Assembly: GCF_964204645.1 (NCBI RefSeq)
Contig: NC_134033.1
Location: 15,260,655 to 15,324,654 of the forward strand
DNA from: Tubulanus polymorphus
Lineage: Eukaryota; Animalia; Nemertea
DNA length: 64,000 nucleotides
Direction of reading: 5' to 3'
Shown here: piece after piece, positions 50,343 through 62,526 of the stretch
Position numbering within the stretch: position 1 is the first letter of the stretch
Layout: every line of letters starts with the position of its first letter
Made by a program: the position numbers and the translations under genes
The notes under the pieces: generated by a model
What the model was told of the DNA's origin: nothing
Database searches by the model: none
What the model saw: the letters and a program-made list of their open reading frames with translations, nothing else

Positions 50343-52419
50343 CTTCTCCATTCAGCCTCTTTGTCCGTTCATTGTATCTCCAATAAAAGCCGTTTAATCC
50401 CAAGTCACCGTCTTTTCTAAACAGTCGGCCCGCGGCCATTATAAAACGCGGATCGGGTAACACTAAAAGCTGGAACGTCAATCGAATTGTAAATTGGTTG
50501 AAATTAGCCCACGTAATCGTCTAACAAATTGTTTATTCGCGAAGCCGAGATCCGATCAGCCCTCGAGACGCACAATTCGATTAGGCAACTTTGAACGTTA
50601 CCCATGAGATATTAGAGCCGAAACGGGATAAATGGATGAGGGATATTTTACCGGAAAATTGAGCTAAGTGCCAATGATCGTAGTTTATTTCATCAGTCGA
50701 TTGTTCGGTAATTTCATTACACAATCACACACTGTGTGCATTTATTTCCTCGAGCTCCTCGCAGAAGCTTCGCGATATTGTCCGGGTACATCCGACGTGT
50801 CTTTCTGTTTAGGTACAGGGGTAGGATTCGGGCCCATAGCAAGCATTGAAAAAATGGTTGGGACATTTTTCGATTTTGACGCCTCTTTTTAAAAGAGGAA
50901 CATACTAAGGATATTTGATGGTTTCATGATGTCCCAACTTTCCACAAAAAAAAAACGAAATCAACTACGGATTTCACATAAATCTTACGTTAATATTCAA
51001 GATAGAAAACTGACAATAGTGATGATTAATCCGATTTCTGTTCAGGGTTTTAGAAAAAAAATGCAAATTTCTGTCAATAGAGGGCGTAGTATAGCGGTTC
51101 GTCATTGTTCAATGGAGGGCATTGCATCATTGAAATTGAGGGGATGCGTGTAAAAAAATTTCAGATTTCGATTTCGAGGACGATGTGAAAGTGCGGCTTC
51201 TGTCGATAGGGGGTGCAGTACTGATATATCGTATCTCATCAAAAGAGGGCGCAAGTATCATTACTGCCAGTTTTTGAAGAAGGTAATGCGACTAACTGTC
51301 AACAGAGGGTAGCACTGGTGTATTCAAGTCGTTTGAGAATTGAGGCCCCCGTGTTTAGCAGGCCTAGGGGGCGTGTTGTTGTTGTGCGCGGGCTATGAAT
51401 TTGATTCTAACACTATTCAACCATGATCAGATTCTATCAGTTCTAAAACCAATCTAGCATTTAGAATCATGACTACATTTGGACTTTAAGTCACGACTGA
51501 GCAATAGTGCCCTGGGACATCCTTAGTCATAGAAATCGATCCCAATTGGCTTGAAACGGGGACTCGTGGCCAAACTTAGGGGGCGGACATTCGAAAAAAA
51601 CCGAAAATCGTTATTATGTTGAATGCGGTGACAATGAATTAAGTAGGTTCGAGTCCTAGATTTGGATTCCAGTTTTAAATGGTAATAAATCCGAGTTGAG
51701 CGGCGGTTATGAATCTACCGATTGATGTGAAACATAAAATCCTGATTTCAATATTTAATTGTAGTTTTCTGAATCGTTGAATGTAAAATTAGTGTGAAAT
51801 TAGATTTTTCTAATAAAATATCGAATCATCTTTTCTCTCGATAATCCGCGCACGATATCTCATTTATTAGACTGCGATACGATATATCTAATTGATATAA
51901 TCTCGAATGAGATATATCGACGACGACCGTAATCGATAATAATTAATTCGAGTTAAAAAAAACGGAGTATGCGTCTTAGGTGTGTATAGAACTACGGAGC
52001 GGTCAGTCGACTCCGTAACGCCCTGGCACGCGAGTTGTTTTTTTTTCGCGAGGATATTGCAATAACGTAAAATCCGTGGTAATTCTTACGAGAACAATTC
52101 GATACAATCGGTAACAATCGGACGCAACAGACACCGAATGAGATTTAAAGCCGACGGTTGGAATAAATACATATATAATTCGATTCGAATTGCTCGTTTA
52201 TGGTAATTGTGGTTTTGTTCCGATTGTCGTGTTGGATAACGCCGGCTATTGTTTTATAATCCGTTCCCGTTTATCACAACAATCGGTGTCGATTACGCGT
52301 CTATTGTTTGGATTGAATAATTAATTTTAATTGAATTTAACCCTTTCGCGGCCGGCGCTATATATGGGTATACGGTAAAAGTACATTATGAGCAACTGGT
52401 TGCACCGCTTGGGCAAACA

Positions 52420-52670
52420 GCAGAAAGAAACTCTCGGATTCGGGGACGTAGAGCTCAGTGAGGAACAATAGAAAGAAACTTTGTGACTGTTAGGATTCAA
52501 ACTATCAATTGACGGGGTTGGAGAAATCGAAGAACAACTACAGAAAGAAACACTGTTGCTGTTAGGATTCAAAGTATCAATTGTCGGGGGTGGAGAGCTC
52601 AGAACTGGAGGGAGGGGGGGGGGAGAGTTGCAAGAAGAACAAAAGAAAGAAACTCACTGTCAGGACTCAA
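52420..52670. repeat. ~76 bp tandem repeat (same family as 18800)
   Basis: AGAAAGAAAC..TG..CTGTTAGGATTCAAA..ATCAATTG.CGGGG..GGAGA. Confidence 0.75.
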
Positions 52671-52803
52671 ACGAAATTTATGATTATATTTTTTAAAGAT
52701 TTAATATGTACAGGTGTTGATAATGTCTACTGTAACATTATCAACACCTGGCATCAGAGACAGTAAAATACTTAGTTTCAATACGATATGATTTTAATAT
52801 CTG

Positions 52804-52901
52804 CCCTCGGTAGCTCAGTTGGTAGAGCGGAGGACTGTAGAAAGGCATCTGTCTCCAGAGCTGAACTCCTTAGGTCGCTGGTTCAAATCCAGTCCGAGGG
52901 C
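52804..52901 (+). tRNA. tRNA-Tyr(GTA) with a 25 nt intron (52841-52865)
   Basis: Acceptor stem CCCTCGG/CCGAGGG, D arm GCTC/GAGC, anticodon GTA at 52837-39, intron after position 37, T arm GCTGG-TTCAAAT-CCAGT. Confidence 0.92.
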
Positions 52902-52905
52902 AACA

Positions 52906-52912
52906 TTTTTTT
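52906..52912 (+). terminator. Pol III terminator (T7)
   Basis: TTTTTTT starts 5 nt after the end of the tRNA. Confidence 0.75.
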
Positions 52913-53078
52913 CTAATTTTGGAAATGAACCGCAGAAACACTTGAACTGTCTATTTCTGGCTTGAAAACCCGGAGTAAAATGATGATGTCAGTCAAAGGA
53001 TTCAATCTACCATTTGTTGGTAAGTTCAAAGAAGAACTAAATACAGAAAGTCAAGATTCGATTTGCCTACTTCTTCTA

Positions 53079-53126
53079 CTTAGGTCGCTGGTTCAAATCC
53101 AGTCCGAGGGCAACATTTTTCTAATT
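53079..53126 (+). pseudogene. Duplicate of the tRNA-Tyr 3' half plus trailer
   Basis: CTTAGGTCGCTGGTTCAAATCCAGTCCGAGGGCAACATTTTT is identical to 52869-52910. Confidence 0.85.
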
Positions 53127-53212
53127 CTTTTACAACAAAAAAACTTTGAGTAAATAAATGAAGAAATCCCACACTTCGAATTTAAAATTATACGATAAAA
53201 TTTATTATTTTG

Positions 53213-53260
53213 AAACCACAACGTTTCGGCTGTTGACTAACAGCCATCATCAGGTGGATT
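53213..53260 (-). ncRNA. Short-stem-III hammerhead ribozyme motif, intact
   Basis: Minus strand reads AATCCAC-CTGATGA-T-GGCTGT(TAGTCA)ACAGCC-GAAACGTT-GTGGTTT: stem I CCAC/GTGG and a 6 bp stem II. Confidence 0.8.
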
Positions 53261-53664
53261 GATGATGGCTGTTGAGTATATCTAGAAACGATTTCCACAA
53301 TCCCAAAGATAACCCACGTTACGAAGCAGAATCTGGAAACGTCAAAATCCACGATCAGTTCTAGTTTTTTCTTCAGTGTTTTCCGCAATGCCTACAGGAA
53401 ATGTTGTTGTTGCAATGTGACGACATCGTTGAGCGATAATCGATTCACGGCAACGCGTAGGTGAATATTGAAAGTGGCAAAATGAGAAGTCGTTCAATCA
53501 CAATTACCGTTATGCAAAACTTAGTCTCTTCTCTGATTCGAAGTCGAATGTCTCCAGATTATCAAATCTAAGAGGCACCCCATCATTTTACTAATCGGTA
53601 CTCTAAAGACCAATCAATTACAGATTAAAGATATAGATGTTCAATGCATAGTTATTATTTAGTA

Positions 53665-53780
53665 CACCAGATGATGACTGATGAAGTCTTTAGCCGAAAC
53701 GTCGCGCAAATATAATATACACTTCAATTCATTAAGAGAACTTTTCATCTTAAGCTGAATTTATCGTGGGATTTCTCTAA
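53665..53780 (+). mobile_element. Degenerate hammerhead motif with family tail
   Basis: CAGATGA-T-GACTGA...TTAGCC-GAAACGTC, followed by GTGGGATTTCT at ~53766. Confidence 0.5.
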
Positions 53781-54606
53781 GTATGAGGCGCCGGAATAAT
53801 TGACTGAAATCCTTCTCTGATTCACAATCGAATGTCCCCCGATTATCAAATCTAAGAGGCACCCCATCATTTGATAATTGGTACTTTAAAGACCAATCAA
53901 TTATAGACTCGAACAGCGGGTTGAGACTTGTACATACTGCATATAGTTATATCTCTCTCTCTTTAAAGTGTTAAGTTGATAATTCCGATCTCGTACGGAC
54001 GAAACGGCGACGAATCCGGTAATCACCATAATAAATAAAATTCTCAAATTAACCCAATAACAACAACAGAGAGACGAGAGTCGTACTAATTACCGCATAA
54101 CACGTTTAGAGAACAGCGAGCGTGCCCGAGCGAATAGATTCGATTATTTGAGAAACGAATAATGGCACTTACACCGGAATGATAATCAAACCTCTATGGA
54201 ATCGGTATAAACGCTATCGAACCGGGCACGAATAAGAAGTTGTTCCGTTTATTCAATTATTCCACGATTAGTACGTGACTAATCTTATATTGTTACGGAA
54301 TGTTTGCCTACCTGAATATCAAGTTTAAACCTAATTGTCGAAATCGGTTTTTGAATATTTGTGGTCGTTTTACCCTCGTGTCAAGGACGTTTTCATACCT
54401 TGTATATAAATTAAAAAGTTCAATGATAGAATTTTTCAAACCGACAAAATGTTTTGTACAACACAACGTTTTGGCTGTCAATTATTAAACGATATTCTCA
54501 TGAGGCCTAAAATTCATATACAAGAAGAAATTCAGATCATATTGAATTCATCTTTATTTTAGATATCTATCGGTTAATTATTGAGCTAATATAGCTATAG
54601 TTTGAC

Positions 54607-54695
54607 GACATTTCGAGTATATCCTAAAGCATATAGTCATCTTCAGGAATACTAGAGTTTCAACTAAATATAGTAATGCATGAAGATGTCTATCA
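54607..54695 (-). mobile_element. Degenerate hammerhead motif with a short inverted copy
   Basis: Minus strand CTGAAGA-T-GACTAT...ATACTC-GAAATGTC; plus-strand TGAAGATGTCTAT at ~54681. Confidence 0.55.
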
Positions 54696-55075
54696 TCAAT
54701 CTTATCAAATATTCTTTTGTATTCTTTTCTGTTTTTCTCTTCTCTTTCTTCGTAAAGTCTTGTTGTTTTCTTTATTCTAGATATTTAAACAATCGGTTAA
54801 TTATTGCGCTATAGTTTAAGCTATTCAACAATTCGACCACACACTAATACATGTACTTCGATATAAACAAAAAATCTGTATATTCGACCGCTGATCACAC
54901 AACTATATCTGCACTTCGATTTTCGTTTAGGAAATCAAACCCCCTATTTTCGCTCCCCCGGCAGGTGTTGTGGGTTTGTAAGGGAGACCAAATCAAAAAA
55001 TCAAACAAAATCCCAAAATCCACCGAGATCAAATAGAAAATGGGGTCAATCCCTATTTTAAGAGACATGAAAAAA

Positions 55076-55149
55076 AGAAGTCCCACAAATAGAATTCTAT
55101 ATGATAGAATTTATTGAAACCACAACGTTTCGGCTGTCATCGTCAGGTG
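55076..55149 (-). mobile_element. Hammerhead motif with collapsed stem II (same subfamily as 53213)
   Basis: Minus strand CAC-CTGACGA-TGACAGCC-GAAACGTT-GTGGTTTC ... GTGGGACTTCT. Confidence 0.55.
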
Positions 55150-56267
55150 CAGTAACCAGAAATAAACATTACTTTTATGGGTTTCCTTTAATAAGTTAAA
55201 TCGGACGAGAATTTTATCTCGGGACTTTATCATTTATCACAGATCTATTTGAACCGATTTAAAGGCTAGAACATTGCAACATTGTTTCTCATTTCCGATG
55301 TTTCCAGAGAACAGGCGCGCACCTGCCAGCACGAAAGACAATAATTATACAACGAAATCATTTTGCATATTTTGCATAAATGTCTAACACGCATGTAGCA
55401 TCATCAGATACATAGATAACAAAAAATCGATAATTATTTGTTTGAATACGATTGTCTGCGGGGCCCGAATTCGGGCATTATTTGATTAACAAGCGAAATG
55501 CGTATCGGGTAACGGTTGAACATTGTTACCGGTCGTCATTAGATACGAGTATGCCGACGCCAACGAATTATAAATAACAGTAACTTGTTGGAAATCGTTT
55601 GAACCGATGAAATGAAATCCGCATTTTGTTGTGAGGCGTCATTCTCTTAGCGAAAGGCGTAACATAATGGTGATAATAGAATACGGGTAAAGTCGTTATC
55701 GATTTTCGGGCTGAAGGGTTTGTTTGCTTGAATTCGCTGTAATGTATACGCAGAGTTGAGTAAATTAATCGCGGCGAAATGACGTGACAAAAGACATGAT
55801 CAAAAAGAGATTCTTTTTTCTAAAATCTTTCATTTATTATATATTATATTTTTCGTATCTAAAAATGACGATGAATTTTTTTTTGATTTTCTAAAAGTAT
55901 ATCATCCATACATAAGCATATATTGTATACTCTGTATCAAAAGTGATTTAGCTCTTTTCAATTTTCCATAGGTTTAATATATTACACTTTCTGCATCGAA
56001 AAATGATTTCAATGTATGTTACCCAATTTTTGAGGGGGATAGATGTAATTTCTCTAAATTTCTTCAGTAATCAACAAGAGATTTTTTGAATCTTCTGTGT
56101 ACGGTAGGCCTTACCCTAAATTACTGTGCTTTCTGTATAAAAAAAAAATCATTTTCTATCCATAATTCTATATTTTAATGTATACCTAACCCAATTTTTC
56201 TGGGGGTATTTCTCGATTGCATAGGTGTTGAAATGATAAGTGAAATTCTGAATTAAATCGTTTTTTA

Positions 56268-56445
56268 GGCTAGAAAATCGATACATTGTTTCGCGTTTTT
56301 GCTGAGTTTAAAAGTTGACCCGACCGGCCGTCTATCTATCCTGTACATTACTTTTCCAAATCATGATAAAGCTATTGTGATTACAAATTTAATTGCAGTT
56401 TACAAAAATGATTATGAGAAACAAGGTATCATTTTTAGTTTAGCC
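56268..56445. mobile_element. MITE family C
   Basis: GGCTAGAAAATCGATACATTGTTTC ... GAGAAACAAGGTATCATTTTTAGTTTAGCC with a TTA duplication. Confidence 0.8.
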
Positions 56446-56543
56446 TTATCATTTTTCTATTTTGCATACTGAAGCATTTGCCAGATATAAAAGACATCTT
56501 TTGCTCAAGTTGAATCGGATAAAATGAAAGTGAACCATAAAAG

Positions 56544-56707
<164 letters not shown>

Positions 56708-57251
56708 AAGGAATTATATTCTCGAAACAAAAATTTCGCCGCACAGCATAAAACGTAACCTAACGACAGCCGACACTAAACCATCTTGAATATCAAAGCA
56801 TTCAATATAGAATGGCATGTGTCAACCTTTGATACGTCAGTAAAAGCAGTTTTTTTGTGTCTTGAACTAATGGGTTATTTTGTGTATAAGTCCAGTAACT
56901 GGAGGGCCTGCCTGTCTGCCTGCTATATTATTGAATGGGCGATGAATGAAGTGTCGTCTCAAGAGGAAGTGAACGCGTGCGCGCGCGTTCTCGTGTTGAT
57001 TACAGTCGTGGAAACTAGAAATCGTATTACCGTTTTTTTATAACCACAAACCTATATCATCATCACCGCGGTTCTTGTGAATGAGAAAAAGTAAATAATA
57101 TTCGAATAAAATCATTCGTTTTTTTGTTTTTGTAATTTTATCATCTTTTTGTTGATAATAAAGATGCTGTAATTGAATTATAGCGGAACCTCGTTTCAAC
57201 GAACATCAGGAGACCAGACAATCTTTTCGTTATAACCGATAGTTCTATATA

Positions 57252-57377
57252 CAGCGGAACCTCGTTACAACGAACTTCAGGAGACCAGAAAATCCCAATT
57301 GTTAGTGACGAAATTCTGTTTGTAATAACCGAAAAATATAATTTCATGCCCGAGATCTTTATAGCGAGGTTCCACTG
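57252..57377. mobile_element. Tc1/mariner-pogo-type MITE
   Basis: TA|CAGCGGAACCTCGTTACAA ... TTATAGCGAGGTTCCACTG|TA, with a partial duplicate at 57181-57240. Confidence 0.8.
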
Positions 57378-58156
57378 TATTTCAGTTTGTTTCAAATGTT
57401 TATTTTTGTCTAACTCTATCACACCATCTTCTCGTTTAAATTTCGCGAAAGCAAAGATTTCACATCGAATTATCATTTTCTATTCACAGACTTCGGTATA
57501 AAATGGCGACTATGGATACGGCACAAAGAACACTTTTACTTTGCTGTCAGTTATAATTTGAACAAGAAAATAGAGACACGCCGCCGCGCTCTTCTAGATC
57601 GATTCCAGAGGTAACGCAGAGATGTTAACGGGTATGAATTCAATACTGTTCATATCGTAAAACACACGTCGAAAAGTTTCTTGGATGCGCAGGGGCTGTG
57701 AAGAGAACCAGAAAGAAGGCGGTGGAAAAAAGCGGAGAATTTTCCAGAAAAGATTCGCCGAAGTTTCACTTATAGAAACGTCGATATTCGGCAGACCGAA
57801 TGGGGGAAAAATACTGAATTGAATTTCATTTTCTAAAAATATTTGTCGACTATTTTTAATAATACTCCGGCAATATTCGTTTAGTGGAGCCGTATTAACC
57901 GGCTGTAGAATAAATATATCGTGCAGTATTTTAATAATAATAATATAATTATATATTTATTTATTTATCAATATATGTGTAAGATCTTTATAATGATTTA
58001 ATATACATTTTGCTACATAATTAAAAGGACATCCCCCCAATCCTTAAGGCTGTACCAAAAAAGGAGAATGCCCTGGAAATGAAAAAAACAAAACAAATCA
58101 AAATGCACCACCACCAGTCAGGGTAACTAAACAATGACATGGAACAGAAGATATAC

Positions 58157-58522
58157 CAGTTTACAGTTTATTTGACAAACTCAAGGTCTACAAATTAGAC
58201 AATATGAGTGAAAAATAGAACATTATACAAAATAACATAGCGGCGAATGCCGTGTTTACATAAATATTTTAGCAATTTTACTTATAAAGATACATAAATT
58301 ATAAAGTGTTCTGATGTTTTTTGTCTGTATAAGGGAGGAGAATTTATACTGGTTTGGATAAATTGAAAATTTTCTGTCAATGTGCCTGGTCCTTAAATCG
58401 TCAAGGTTTGGACAACATAATATATAGTGAAATTCGTCCCCTATAGCACTGTTGCAAAGAGGACAAGTCCTGCTTTCTCTGGGTACTTTCATCCATCTAC
58501 CAGTTTCAATTGGAAGTTTTTG
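58157..58522 (-). mobile_element. 5'-truncated LINE remnant (C-terminal CCHC zinc-finger region plus 3' UTR)
   Basis: Translates to KLPIETGRW...CPLC...GDEFHYILCC, typical of non-LTR ORF2 C-termini (RTE-X/L2-like). The 3' UTR ends AATAAACTGTAAACTG. Confidence 0.85.
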
Positions 58523-58579
58523 GAGTTTGTTTTACAAATGGAAAACAAATAATGATATAATGATATTGATAATAATGTA

Positions 58580-58650
58580 GATATGTGGTCGGCCGGGTCA
58601 TTTTTTAAGCTCAGCAGAAATGAAAAACCAGTTTTCAATTTTTCTAGCCT
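58580..58650. mobile_element. MITE family C right-end fragment
   Basis: CGGCCGGGTCA..TAAGCTCAGCAG..CAATTTTTCTAGCC. Confidence 0.6.
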
Positions 58651-60974
58651 AGGTTAGATATTTTTCAGTTAAAAATAGAGATTTTGCTGTTTTTAGACCA
58701 AATAAATCAAACTCTTATGATTTTATTGATTCGATCTAGTTCACGATACTGTTTTCTGTTGATTCATTTGCGTGTTTGGATTTGCAAGAATATTTCAGGT
58801 AGTTTTGTTCTATTTTTAAAAACAGAAATGATATCTGTGAAAATTTGCCTCAAACGACGTACATAAATAGGATAATCTCTTTATGAACTGTCTAAGTTCG
58901 TAATAACGCCGCAATCCTTTATAACATATGTATAATATATAGAAACTCTATTGTCAAAGAAAACTTTTATGACAAGTACATTAATTATATAACAATATCC
59001 AGTACAAAGATGACGGATAACAGTATACAAAGCCAATATAGATATTATTGATTTTGAAATAGGGATTGTCCCTGTTATTTATTTGGTTGGTAAATTTCGT
59101 TTGATTTTCTGATTGAGTGTCCCTTACAGACCCACATATTATTAGCACGATTAGGCGAAAGAGGTCGTCTTTCCACTATCCGTACTGGAAATAATAGGTT
59201 ATATTAGTGATAATATCTGTAAAATTAAGAGTTTAATATCACTGCTCTCTTAACGCAGAGAATATGTCCAATCTAACTCAAATCCGATGAAAAAACAATT
59301 CTTTATAACCCTGCCAAATTCGTCTTAAAGGATAGGATAGGATTGTAAATTTATAGCGCCTTGTAAATAGCAGGACTTATTATCAAAGGCGCTCTCCAGA
59401 CGAAGATGATGACTCGAACAGAAATGTCTTGAGCTGTGCTTTGAATGCTGGCAGAGAATCAATATCACGGTTAAAGTCATGTTTATCATCGGTGTTTTAA
59501 AAAGCACTTTTACTGCAGTTTTGATTAAACTGGTTTGATTCAATTTTCAGGAGTCCCGAGTTTCCCCTTACCGCTTGAAGCGACTATAATCGTACGTTAT
59601 ACTTGTGTTCGAAAATTTCAGCTAAACCGTTGATTTCGAAAAAAAATTAATCAAACGCTTTTCAATCGCGTTCGCGGACTAGATAATCGTCATCGTAGAT
59701 TATCAGATTACGATTTTCGAAATTATACCAAAAAAAAATCCGTTCACATCGAAAAGCGAAAAACGATAGTGAGTATGACGAGAGAAAAAATGTGTTCACC
59801 ATCAAAACATATACGCAATAACATAATACGTTCTCGCGTCTGTTACTTATTAGCTTTTTTTCTTCTGAAAATAATATTCAAAATTCTAACAGGTCACCGT
59901 CAATTAGAGAACAAAACCCCAAACCGTCGCTGAGGATGAATCGGTATTTTAGTTACGACTATAATTGGCCTTGTTTGAAATTAATACCGGTACATTATTG
60001 GTTAAAACTATAAGGGATGACGTCGATTGTAACGTCGTTCGCGTTGTTGGCGTTTATATTGTAACGTAACCCTTCCCATTGTTGAGTATTGTCAGCAGCG
60101 TCTCGTACGTGCGTTATACGTCACCTCGGGCGGTAATTAAAATAGCCCCGCGGCTGATTTCGACGTAAAAGTTTGACCGGCGTATCACAGGCGACGTACG
60201 CGCGCGCGCGCGCGCAGGTTCTCGTGTCTAAACGGATGAAAGCTATGAAGTCAAGTTGATAGGATACGTGTATTTTAATACGCGCTACTAAAATGAATTC
60301 TAAAACTTTGATGAAGTAAATATAAACACGATTCTTAAAGAGACGTGTTACACGTCTATTTGAAGACTTTATTAGATGGTGACATTTTAAAGTTTGATGT
60401 TTATTCGACTTATTGAATGACTTTGTGATCTTTGCGTGCGCGACAAGAGTGTATATATATATAATTAGAAAGTGAAAATAGTAAAATTTATAGATTATTT
60501 TAGATTTTATGGAGACACAGAGCGTTCCATTAAGAACAGAAGGTTCAATTTAGCAAGATTTTAGTGGAGAGGACTATACATGTGTGTATTCGTTTACATA
60601 AAGCGGTATTTTTGCCAAAACAAACAGAAATTGCTCGAAAAAGTAGAAATTTAACGATTATTTTAGATTTTGTTGAGACACATAGGGTTCCATTAAGAAC
60701 AGAAGGTTCCATTTAGACAAGTTTTAGTGGATGTTCGGAGAGGATTGTGTGTATTCGTTTACATAAAGCACTATTTTTTGCCGTTTGAACGAATACTCTG
60801 TGTAATAAATGAAGTCAATATGAATAAGTGGTTTTAGCTATCAAATTCCAAAACAAAAACTGTGTTCCATCCTCACTTAGTTTAGAAGCTGTAATTGACT
60901 GGTATCAGTTACACACTCGGTAGAGTTCGACTCAAAAGTTGAAGTTTGTTCATTTCAAATGCTTATACTGAAAA

Positions 60975-61430
60975 CTGTCTAACTGGGTTCAGAACTATAT
61001 GGAACTTGGTTCAGAACTGTGGAATTGAGCCCAGAACTGTGGAACTGGATCCACAACTGTGAAACTGGCTGCTGAACTGGGTTCAGAAGTGTGGAACTGG
61101 CTGCTGATCTGGGTTCAGAAGTGTGGAACTGGCTGCTGATCCGGGTTCAGAACTGTGGAATTGAATCCAGAACTGTGAAACTGGCTGCTGAACTGGGTTC
61201 AGAAGTGTGGAACTGGCTGCTGATCTGGGTTCAGAAGTGTGGAACTGGCTGCTGATCCGGGTTCAGAACTGTGGAATTGAATCCAGAACTGTGAAACTGG
61301 CTGCTGAAATGGGTTCAGAAGTGTGGAACTGGCTGCTGATCTGGGTTCAGAAGTGTGGAACTGGCTGCTGATCCGGGTTCAGAACTGTGGAATTGAATCC
61401 AGAACTGTGAAACTGGCTGCTGAAATGGGT
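60975..61430. repeat. Satellite of 20/29 bp units with a 78 bp higher-order repeat
   Basis: GGGTTCAGAA(C/G)TGTGGAACTGGCTGCTGA units arranged in repeating groups. Confidence 0.92.
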
Positions 61431-62452
61431 AACTGCGGTACCAATCAAAGCCGTGCTTCGATTCATAGGAAGTGACGTAGACCTCGTGCCATCCGCATTT
61501 CGAGTGCTGCTTTTTCATAGTAAAATAATAACTAATAAGTAGCTTTTTATATATTTCATTCACAACAAACTATTAGAAAGCATGAAAATACGCAACAAAA
61601 GTGTGCGAAAGAAACCAGACACGGGGCTATATGATAACCCTCAGAGATAGATTGACGTCAGTATTTTAGCATGATAAAACGATGTGGATTCGAATCCCAA
61701 ATTTTATATATCATCATACATGACGAGTTGCGGGCTCGAATCCCTAATTTCTAAATTATCCTAGGTCAGACTTCGAATCAGTTAATGGCGCAAGATACGA
61801 ATCGATACAAACTCAGAGAAATCCAGTCTTTACGAAACTTTTCACACTCTCGCGTTAGATTAACGACAACAGTTCGATGACGTGCGTCCATTCTCAGTAA
61901 CATTACACACAAATAAATGACTTTTTCTCAAAGCCGACAAAATCCCGTTTATAGAATCGGATATTGAAACATGTCTGGGCATACGATCTGTAAGATCACT
62001 ATTATCGGCGCACTAACTCGATTTAGACCAACGGACGGATTTATCTCGATTTCTGACTCCTAATCCGCGCCAATGTAAACCAAATTTCCGACGGATTATC
62101 ACCCATAGCTACGCCAACAATGGTCGGATTGTTGCCTAGCGATGATTAAACTGACGTATATCACGTTCGGTATTGAACGTCGATAATGAGTTTTAACCAT
62201 AAATAACGATGCGACGTACTACGTTTTCTGATTAATTGTCCGACGGACTTAGCAGCCGAATTGATGCCTGAACAAATGGCGATAAATTCCCCTCTGAAAA
62301 AAAAATACTTCCCGAATCTCGTAAGATGGAAACCCGTCAAAAACATTTCATCAGAGTATTGCTTCGCGGATCGCGACTGTGGTAAGCGAGGATCCGCTAG
62401 GTTGGTTCGCGAGTTGAAGCGGTCCTGCTTTCATAACCGTTTATGCAATTAA

Positions 62453-62526
62453 TTGTAAATACTGTTTTTTTCCTCCATATACCATGGAAATGGTTGGAGT
62501 GTAATAAATATTCGTATTCGTATTCG
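62453..62526 (+). mobile_element. 3' end of a non-LTR retroelement (second copy)
   Basis: Same hairpin, AATAAA and (TATTCG)n tail as 10068-10137. Confidence 0.65.
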
